Positions 47,673-55,338 of a stretch of 64,000 bases of DNA are shown piece after piece; within the stretch, counting starts at the first letter, position 1, and every line of letters begins with the position of its first letter. This DNA is from Planctomycetota bacterium (GTDB lineage Bacteria > Planctomycetota > GCA-002687715 > CAIWVZ01): the NCBI GenBank assembly GCA_044222185.1, contig JBGANV010000001.1, forward strand, positions 1,696,001 through 1,760,000. Direction: 5' to 3'. Position numbers and translations under genes: made by a program. The notes under the pieces are model-generated. The model saw only the letters and a program-made list of their open reading frames with translations. It had not been told where the DNA came from and made no database searches.

Positions 47673-50366
47673 ATGACCCCGCCCGACGCAAACTCTGGAA
47701 CCGACTCCGAAGCGGGGGCATCGGCGGAGCTGTTCGATTTCGTCCACCAGTACCTGGAGGACGAAGCCAACGCGTCGGTCGGAACGCTCGACGACTACCT
47801 GCGGCGTTTCCCAGGGCTGGAAGAGGAAGTGGCTCTGGAATTCGCGCGCCTCGCCGGCCGCGACGCATCGGACGGGTCGCCCGGCGCAATGGTCCCGGAC
47901 GAACGACGCGTGGGCCCCTACCGGCTCTTGGGACTGATCGGGTGTGGAGGCCAGGCGGCCGTCTATGCCGCCGCCGACACGCGCGTCGATCGGAAGGTTG
48001 CGCTCAAGGTCTTCCACCCGGCGTTCGCCTCGCTGAGCGGCGAGCAGCTCAAGCGCTTCCATCGCGAGGTCGAGGTCGTCTCCAGGCTCAACCACCCAGG
48101 CATCTGCCCCGTGTTCGAGGCTGACACGGACGCCGGGGTGCCATTCCTCGCGATGCCGCTCATCACGGGTGCGACGCTGAAGGACATCCTCGCAGCCGAA
48201 TCTGAAACGGCAGGCGAAACGCAGCGCGACGGATCGCGCGATCGTGCGAGGATCCATCGCGCCGTGAGCATCATCGAGCAGGTCGCCCGCGCGCTCCACG
48301 CGGCGCACGAAGCGGGCATCCTCCATCGCGACGTGAAGCCGGGCAACATCATGGTCGGCGCCGACGACCGGCCGATCATCCTCGACTTCGGCCTCGCCCG
48401 AGAGAGCGACGCGTCGGACGCCGGGACGACCGCGACAGGCGCCCTCGTGGGGACGCCGGCGTACCTCGCGCCCGAGATCGTGACGAGCGGGATCCGATCG
48501 TCGAGCGTGCAGTCGGACGTCTACGCGCTCGGAGTGACGCTCTACGAGTGGATCGCGTCGTCGCTCCCGTTCTCGGCCCCGACCCGTGCCGGGCTGCTCG
48601 CGGCGATCGTCCGTGGCGAGGCGGCGACCCTGCGGTCCATCGAACCCCACGTCGGACGGGATCTGGACGTGGCGGTGGCGACGGCGATGGAGCCCGATTG
48701 CAACCGCCGGTATCAGTCCGCGCAGGCGTTCGCGGACGAGCTCGCGCGCATCCGCGAGGGCCGCCCGATCCTCGCGCGACCCGTGAGTGCGTGGCGACGT
48801 CTCGTGCGATGGTCGCGACGCCGGCCGGCGCTCGCGGCAGCGGCGTTCTGCACGCTCGTCGGGTTCGCGACGAGCATCTTCTTCTGGCATCGCGCAGAGG
48901 TCGCCGTCGACGCCTACGAGATCGTCGCCGGCGCAACCGAGGTGGCGCGCCTGCGTGCCGAGGCCGATCGCCTGTGGCCGCTCGATCCGCAGCTCGCGCC
49001 AGCGATGCGCGACTGGAGCCGGCGGGCACGCGAGATCGCGACGCGACTTCCCGCCATCGACGGCATGCTCGACCGGCTCAGACGATCGGGCACGCGAAGA
49101 ACGGGGTCGCACTCCGACGAGTTCGCGGCCGCGTCTCACCCCGTGGCTTCGGCCGCCGTACCGTTCGTCCCGAGCCCCGAATCCGACACCTGGGAATTCC
49201 CCGACGTTTCGCTGCAGTTCCAGCACGACGTGCTGACGGAATACTCGCGCGGGCTTCACCAGTTCGCCGACGGGGATCGCGGCCTGATCGCGCAGGTCGA
49301 CGGACGGGCGACGTTCCTCGAGATGGTGGCGGCCCGCACGATCGAGCGACACCGCGACGCGTGGCGTGAGGCCATCGCGAGCATCGGCGACGTCGCGCGC
49401 TTCCCGCACTACCGAGGCATCAAGCTCGAACCGATCGCCGGGCTGATACCCATCGGCCCCGATCCCGCGTCGCAGCTCTACGAGTTCGTCGATCTCGGCA
49501 CGACGGCGCTCGAGCTGCGAGACGACCCGGTACCGGTTCGATCCGCCGACGGCCGACTTCGCGTGACGTGGATGACTGGCGTCGTCTTCGTGCTTCTGCC
49601 TGGCGGCGCGACGAAGGTCGGGAGCGTGCCCTCGAAGAGTCCGAACGCGGGTTCCACCGATCAACTCGACGACGATGGCGAACCCCACGAGCGGCCAGTC
49701 CGAGACGTCGTGCTCGAACCGTTCCTCATGTCGAAGTACGAGATGACCCAGGGACAGTGGTCACGCGTGACCGGCCAGAACCCGAGCTTCTTCCAAGATC
49801 AACCGAAGACGATGCCGGACGTCGACCTGCGGCGCATGCCCGTGGAGTTCGTGAGTTGGGAAGAGTCGGACCTCTGGGCTCGACGGCTGGGCTGGGTTCT
49901 GCCGACCGAGGCGCAGTGGGAGTACGCGGCGCGTGGCCTCACCAAGACGGCCTGGTCGACGGGGCGCACGCGCGACTCGTTGATCGGCTTCGCGAACGTC
50001 GCCGGTGCGGAGTTCAACACCGCGTCGGGTTCGTCCCGCGTCCTTCACGAACCGTGGAACGACGGCTTCGAGCGCCCGTGGCCGGTCGGCACCGGACGCG
50101 CGAACCCCTTCGGCCTGCATGACGTCCACGGGAACGTCTGGGAATGGTGTCGGGACGGTTTCAGCGACTACGCCGGGAGTTCGTTCCGCGATGGCGACGG
50201 TTTCAAATCCGGCGGGCAGACTCTCGGTCCGGTGTACCGCGGAGGAAGCTGGCTGCGCGACGCCTATTGGGCGCGCTGCTCCGCACGCCTCTACAACCGG
50301 TCCGACTATCGAAGGAACGAGGTCGGGCTCCGCCCGGCGCGAACCATCCCGATACGAAATGAGTGA
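47673..50366 (+). CDS. Membrane Ser/Thr protein kinase with C-terminal FGE-sulfatase domain
   Basis: IGCGGQAAVY, VALK, HRDVKPGNI, DFGLAR, GTPAYLAPE. TM after RRRP. LPTEAQWEYAARG, NPFGLHDVHGNVWEWC, RGGSW. Paralog of 6867-9527. Confidence 0.93.
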   Translation: MTPPDANSGTDSEAGASAELFDFVHQYLEDEANASVGTLDDYLRRFPGLEEEVALEFARLAGRDASDGSPGAMVPDERRVGPYRLLGLIGCGGQAAVYAAADTRVDRKVALKVFHPAFASLSGEQLKRFHREVEVVSRLNHPGICPVFEADTDAGVPFLAMPLITGATLKDILAAESETAGETQRDGSRDRARIHRAVSIIEQVARALHAAHEAGILHRDVKPGNIMVGADDRPIILDFGLARESDASDAGTTATGALVGTPAYLAPEIVTSGIRSSSVQSDVYALGVTLYEWIASSLPFSAPTRAGLLAAIVRGEAATLRSIEPHVGRDLDVAVATAMEPDCNRRYQSAQAFADELARIREGRPILARPVSAWRRLVRWSRRRPALAAAAFCTLVGFATSIFFWHRAEVAVDAYEIVAGATEVARLRAEADRLWPLDPQLAPAMRDWSRRAREIATRLPAIDGMLDRLRRSGTRRTGSHSDEFAAASHPVASAAVPFVPSPESDTWEFPDVSLQFQHDVLTEYSRGLHQFADGDRGLIAQVDGRATFLEMVAARTIERHRDAWREAIASIGDVARFPHYRGIKLEPIAGLIPIGPDPASQLYEFVDLGTTALELRDDPVPVRSADGRLRVTWMTGVVFVLLPGGATKVGSVPSKSPNAGSTDQLDDDGEPHERPVRDVVLEPFLMSKYEMTQGQWSRVTGQNPSFFQDQPKTMPDVDLRRMPVEFVSWEESDLWARRLGWVLPTEAQWEYAARGLTKTAWSTGRTRDSLIGFANVAGAEFNTASGSSRVLHEPWNDGFERPWPVGTGRANPFGLHDVHGNVWEWCRDGFSDYAGSSFRDGDGFKSGGQTLGPVYRGGSWLRDAYWARCSARLYNRSDYRRNEVGLRPARTIPIRNE

Positions 50367-50410
50367 TTCGAGCGCGGCTTCCACGAGATCGCGCGCCGCT
50401 CGAACGCGCG

Positions 50411-51031
50411 TCATTCGTCGTTCGGAATGAGGCCCGGCGGCAACCCGCCTTCGACGAGGCGGGCCTTCAGCCGCTGCCATCGTTTGTGGACGGCCTCCTT
50501 GGTGAGCCCGAGCAGCGGCGCCACGGCCGCGTGGCTCATGCCCTCGAGCCCGCAATGAACGACGAGCTCGCGGTCCTCGCGGTCGAGGCTCGCGAGCAGA
50601 AGTTTGATTCCGTCGAGCGCCTCGTCTCGTGCCAGGCGCCGACTCATGGTCGTGATGCTCGCCGGAAGTTCGTCCACGGCCCACAGTGCCGAACCCGATT
50701 CATCCAGCCGCCGAACGACGTCTGGGCGACGAAGTTGACGAACCGCTTGCAGCAGGACGTTCTTCGCGACGCGAAAGATCCACCCACGGAACGTACCCCG
50801 CGTCGGGTCGTAGGTCGGGAGTGATCGCGACGTCTGGAACCAGACTTCCTGAACCACGTCCTCCGGCGACAGATACCGGCGCAGATGCCTGGGTATCCGT
50901 ACGGTCGCCCACACGAGCAGCGCCGGCGCGATCTTCTCGTACAGGCGCGGAAACGACTCGCGCCCGCGCGCGCCGAGCGCATCCGTCGTCGTTTCGCGCG
51001 CTTCCGGCGTCTCGTCGGGCCCGGTCGCCAT
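50411..51031 (-). CDS. ECF sigma factor, convergent with the kinase
   Basis: SPEDVVQEVW, YDP.RGTFRGWIFRVAKN, LDREDRELV...EGMSHAAVA.LLGLTKEAVHKRWQRLKARL. Confidence 0.9.
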   Translation of the reverse strand: MATGPDETPEARETTTDALGARGRESFPRLYEKIAPALLVWATVRIPRHLRRYLSPEDVVQEVWFQTSRSLPTYDPTRGTFRGWIFRVAKNVLLQAVRQLRRPDVVRRLDESGSALWAVDELPASITTMSRRLARDEALDGIKLLLASLDREDRELVVHCGLEGMSHAAVAPLLGLTKEAVHKRWQRLKARLVEGGLPPGLIPNDE

Positions 51032-51104
51032 GGGCGGTGATGTACCACGGCGCCGCCGGACGATGCAAATCGGAGCGCCGAGGGCCGTCGAGTCGCGGGT
51101 CGTC

Positions 51105-51583
51105 CGAACGCGATCTCATCTCACGACCCGTGGGATCGGTCCTGAGGACGGACTCGTACGAGCAACCGAGCCTGCCGAGCACCTCGCCGTTCTCCCCCAC
51201 GTGCACGAGCGCCTACGTCACTGATCCGACATCCGCCTCCCTATCGCCAGGGTTCTCCAGGAGGCGGCAGAGATCGAACAGCCGCGCCGCCTGCATGCCA
51301 CGGCCGAGGTCGGTAATCTCATCGTCGCTCGCGCTTTTCGCCCTAAGCTTGCCGAGGGCGTCGCCGACTCCCGCGAACGGCTCGCTCGGCATGCGCCTCG
51401 CCCGTTCGATCCGCGCGTCGATCCAGTCGGTGTCGCCGTCGCCGACGATCCTCCGCCAGCCTGCCGCAGAGACAGGCAGCGAGCGACCCGCGGTATGCCC
51501 TCCGCCGGCTGCGATCGAGCCCACCGGCCAGGATCACGTGCACCGAGGATTCCAGACAGCGGCGAGAGTTGCCCTTGGTTCAC
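51105..51583 (-). pseudogene. Decayed conserved hypothetical gene (frameshift plus in-frame TAG)
   Basis: LGARDPGRWARSQ.AEGIP..AR.L.LRQA shifts frame near 51460 into WRRIVGDGDTDWID...LLENPGD. TAG at 51213-51215 is followed in frame by ALVHVGENG...ESVLRTDPTGREMR. Ends approximate. Confidence 0.7.
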
Positions 51584-51799
51584 CGCGACATGTATCGAGT
51601 GGGCGGCGTCCGTTCGAGTGAACGATGGCCCGCGGTGACTCCTGGCAAGGGACCGCGTGGAGTCTCAGCGTGCACGGCACCTCGGGCGGAACTGCCGCGG
51701 TCGACGCCCCAGACGGATTACGCCGTCGGGGCGCGAGTGACGCACATCAAAGAGTCATCGAGAGCTCGTCGCACACCACAGGCCGGGTCTGCTCGCGGA

Positions 51800-53425
51800 A
51801 TGCTCCCTGCCCTGAAGGCCCCCTCGTTGCTGGCCACTCCCGGTTCGTTCTCCCTCTTCGCCATCGGGCAGCTCCCTTTCCCGCTTTCGAACCCGACGAC
51901 GGTGGGCCCTCCGGGCCCGTGCGCCACCCGGTCATCCGTCGGCGACCTGAACGGCGATGGAAGAGACGACTTCGTCGGCGGTGGAGCAGGGTTGTCCGTC
52001 ATGTGCAGCCTCGCGGGCGGGGGCTACGGACCTCCAGTGCCATTCGGTCCAACGATCACCGCAGGTGCGTCGGTCAACGTGCACGCGGTCGCGGATATGA
52101 ACGTCGACGGGATCGCGGACGTCCTCATGACCGTCGAGGCGCCGCTCACCGGCCTCTTCAGTCCGCCTTTGACACCGCCGGTAACGATGGTCCTGCCAGG
52201 CCTCGGCAATTGCCTGTTCGGCGCTGCGCTCCCAGTGCCTGATCCCACCGGGGCGACGAGTTGGAGACGTGCTTGTTTCCTGAACCCATACATCCCTGGA
52301 CTCGTCGCACCCGGGATGCCACCAGCCATCGTCATGGTCTCTTGGCAAGGGTGCGCGAATGCCCAGCCACATTTCGTTCACACACTCACCTATGCAGCGG
52401 GCGCATACTCGGCGGTGGCATCCACACCGGCTCCGATCCCGCCCGCGTTCGCGACGTGGGGCCCGCTCGCGACGTTCTCGATTCAGCGAGCGGGAGACGT
52501 CGATGGCGACGGCCTTCTCGACCTCGTTGGCAACAGCCAGTGCTTCGCCTATCCACAGTTGGTGTTGGCCCGCGGCTCGGCGATCCCGCCCTACTTCGTC
52601 AACCCGACGTCGGTCGCGATGTCCTCGGGATTCGCGAACCTCGCGGTCGAGGTGAGCGACGTGAACAACGACGGCCTCGCAGACGTCGTCTACGTCGACG
52701 CTTACGGGACCGTCGTGGCGTTCTTCGGCCACCCAACGTCACCGTTGACCGCGTTCCAGGTCTCTTCGGTGGGCGCTCCGATCCAATCGTTCTTCGTGCA
52801 AGACCTCGACGGAGACGGCGCCGCGGACTTCTTCTTCCGGAGTTACGGCGCGACCTCCGTCGGATTCAGCCGCGGAAACGGCCTCGGCGCGTTTGGCCCG
52901 GCGATGACGGTGCCGGCCTCCGCGTCACATACAAGCAGTTGCGCGTGGCCGGCAGATGAGAACGGGGACGGTTCGATGGACTTCGTCGCGGCGCTCCTTC
53001 CTGGCATCACGGGTGCCAGGACGTTCGCCATGCACAATCTGTCGCGGTTCGGACCGGGCGTTCCCGGCAGCAATGCCGTCGTCCCGCAAGCCGTGTCCGG
53101 GATCGCGAACGCGGGAGCCGTCTCGTACTTCGTTGGCATCGTCGGCGCCGCGGGCAATGCACCCGCCATACTTGGAGTTTCACTCGGTGCGCTGACGACA
53201 CCCGACACTGCCGGCAACATGCTCGACCTCAACCTGCTCGTTCTCCCGAGCGGGAATTTCGGCTCGTTCCAGACGGATGCGTCGGGAAACGCCACATGGA
53301 CTCTGACCCTCCCGCCGCTCCCTGCACTCGTTGGGCAGACGATCTTCCTCGAGTGGTTCGTGCACGACACCGGGGCGACAGCAGGCTATGGCCTCTCGCC
53401 CGCTCGCAAGGTGGTGTTCTGGTAG
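51800..53425 (+). CDS. Secreted FG-GAP repeat protein with Cys-free C-terminal module
   Basis: GDLNGDGRDD, ADMNVDGIAD, GDVDGDGLLD, SDVNNDGLAD, QDLDGDGAAD, ADENGDGSMD. Tail TDASGNATWTLTLPPLPALVG.TIF.E...LSPARKVVFW. Start and weak signal peptide (FAIG-Q) uncertain. Confidence 0.82.
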   Translation: MLPALKAPSLLATPGSFSLFAIGQLPFPLSNPTTVGPPGPCATRSSVGDLNGDGRDDFVGGGAGLSVMCSLAGGGYGPPVPFGPTITAGASVNVHAVADMNVDGIADVLMTVEAPLTGLFSPPLTPPVTMVLPGLGNCLFGAALPVPDPTGATSWRRACFLNPYIPGLVAPGMPPAIVMVSWQGCANAQPHFVHTLTYAAGAYSAVASTPAPIPPAFATWGPLATFSIQRAGDVDGDGLLDLVGNSQCFAYPQLVLARGSAIPPYFVNPTSVAMSSGFANLAVEVSDVNNDGLADVVYVDAYGTVVAFFGHPTSPLTAFQVSSVGAPIQSFFVQDLDGDGAADFFFRSYGATSVGFSRGNGLGAFGPAMTVPASASHTSSCAWPADENGDGSMDFVAALLPGITGARTFAMHNLSRFGPGVPGSNAVVPQAVSGIANAGAVSYFVGIVGAAGNAPAILGVSLGALTTPDTAGNMLDLNLLVLPSGNFGSFQTDASGNATWTLTLPPLPALVGQTIFLEWFVHDTGATAGYGLSPARKVVFW

Positions 53426-54014
53426 CACTCTGCCTCGGTCTGCAGATCTGGGGTCGGTGGATCGACCGGGCGAAGGCTTGCGGTGCCATTCGCGCAACCA
53501 TCGGACTCGGTGCGTGGTCGGTATCGCAGGCTCCGCGGGATGCGGAGGGACGGCAGGGAGGCGCTCACGCCGCGTGCTCTCGCGTCGAGGCTCGGGTCGA
53601 ACCCAGTGCCATCCGATTCCGCCGGGGCCGCCGGGCCTCGTGCGGTGGGCGGAGCGGCGTTGAACGGCCGTGGATGAGACTCACGGCGAATGATTTCTTC
53701 GACGTCGCCTTCGAATTCTGGACGCCCGACGTGCAACGGCCGGGGGTGAGGCGGAAGAACCGACGGCTGGCGTCCATCTCCGCAGGACGTACTCGGACGA
53801 ACCGATCCGAGACACCGTACCCTCGAATCGTCTCGCCGTGGCGCCCGCCGCGCTTGCTGAGCCGAAGGCTCGCAAGCGCGTCAGGCCGTCGTGTCAGCGA
53901 CTTCGACACATGGAATGGCGCGTCCGGGATACGATCTCCAGTCGTCCGGCTCAGCCACCCACACACGCCGCTGCGCATCCTCCGAACTGTCCACTCCAAC
54001 CTCGAGTCTCAACC

Positions 54015-55217
54015 ATGTCACCTGCGTCATTGGTTTCGGTTCTGCTCGCCGCCACGCTGTTCGCGAACGGCCAGGACGTCATCCACTACAAGTTCGACGA
54101 AGGGGGTGGTAATCGCGTCGTCAACTTCGCGACCGGTTCCCCGGCGGTTCCACGAGAAGGAACAGTCGTGACATCCGGCGCCATGGCCGCGAGTCAGGCG
54201 TGGACCACCGGGCGCTTTGGCGGCGGGTTCCTTCAATCGGCGAACACGTCGCTCGGAGGCGCGGAGGTGGACACGGGCTGGAATGATGAGGTCCCCGCCG
54301 ACGTCACCGTCGCGGCGTTCGTGCGCTTTCCCAATGGACCGACATCCGCGGTGATCGCGAATCGATGGGCGAGCACGAATGCCTACACCGGCATCTCGAT
54401 ACAGCTGACCGGGACCGGGCCCTTGGCGGGCCACACGCAGCTGAGATGGAGGTCGGGTTCGAGCACCCAGGTCTTCAATTCGTCGGGCACGTTCTTCCCG
54501 CCGAACACGACGAGCTGGGTCCACATCGCGGTCGTCGTCAGTCAAACCGCCCAGACGCCTTACGTCCGCTGGTACCTGAACGGGATCGCCGAATCGCCTC
54601 AGCCGACTGCGGGTCTGGCGCCAATCCCGCCTTCCTACTACCTGACGTCGACCAACCCCTACACCTTCGGGACGTTTGCCGTCGGCAACGACGGAGCCAG
54701 CGGGAGCACGGTCGTACCCGTCGTCCTCGACGAGTTTCGCGTCTCGCTGCGCGTGGTCCCAGATGCGGAGATCCTTCAGTGGGCGACCTCCCCTTCTGCC
54801 GCGCACGCGGCATTCGGCGCACCGTGCCATCCATTCGGTCTTCGAGTACTTCTCGACGGCACGGCCGGCGGACTCCCGACGATCGGAAACGCGAACTACC
54901 AACTCACCGTGTACGGGCTCCCTCAGTCCCAGGTGACGCTCGGGATCGGCACCTCCGTGCAAACGTTCGCGGGCATGGCCCTCCCGTTCGATCTCGGAGT
55001 CCTCGGCCCGCCGCTCGCTGGGTGTCTCCTGCGCATGAGCCCGGATGTCCTGCTCAATGGCTCGATCCCGGCCACAGGCAGCATCGCCTTCCCAACGATC
55101 ATCCCCGCGGCACCCGCCCTCATGGGCACGACCGCTTATGCGCAGGCGCTTCTCTTCAACGGCGTCGTCAACTCGTCGAGCGTGACGAACGCATGGGCGT
55201 TGACGATCGGACCGTGA
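54015..55217 (+). CDS. Secreted LamG-like protein with canonical C-terminal module
   Basis: Signal peptide FANG-Q. HYKFDEG.G, WVHIAVV, WYLNG, LDEFRV. Tail FGAPC...LPTIGN...AGCLL...IPAAPALMG..YAQA...VTNAWALTIGP. Confidence 0.87.
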   Translation: MSPASLVSVLLAATLFANGQDVIHYKFDEGGGNRVVNFATGSPAVPREGTVVTSGAMAASQAWTTGRFGGGFLQSANTSLGGAEVDTGWNDEVPADVTVAAFVRFPNGPTSAVIANRWASTNAYTGISIQLTGTGPLAGHTQLRWRSGSSTQVFNSSGTFFPPNTTSWVHIAVVVSQTAQTPYVRWYLNGIAESPQPTAGLAPIPPSYYLTSTNPYTFGTFAVGNDGASGSTVVPVVLDEFRVSLRVVPDAEILQWATSPSAAHAAFGAPCHPFGLRVLLDGTAGGLPTIGNANYQLTVYGLPQSQVTLGIGTSVQTFAGMALPFDLGVLGPPLAGCLLRMSPDVLLNGSIPATGSIAFPTIIPAAPALMGTTAYAQALLFNGVVNSSSVTNAWALTIGP

Positions 55218-55338
55218 TTGCGGAGGGCGCGATCCGTCGGCAGCCATGGGGCGGAGTTCCAGACACACGCCGCGCGTCCTTCGCGGGCCGCCATGAGGCG
55301 TGCTCCGCGATGCGCCGAATCGGCCGAGCTACCGATGG

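Noticed and set aside
2400-49688. Very long alternative ORFs (2400-4514 -, 5877-8669 +, 32006-33655 -, 45815-47662 +, 47283-49688 - and similar)
   Set aside because: Arg/Pro/Ala-rich antisense or off-frame shadows of well-supported genes, expected in high-GC DNA, with no motifs.
47673-50366. FGE domains as true formylglycine-generating enzymes
   Set aside because: They lack the catalytic Cys pair after RGGS, and no sulfatase gene is nearby.
53430-54010. ORFs in the gap between the FG-GAP and LamG genes, including the upstream extension from 53838
   Set aside because: No motif or coding-like composition. The signal peptide places the LamG start at 54015.
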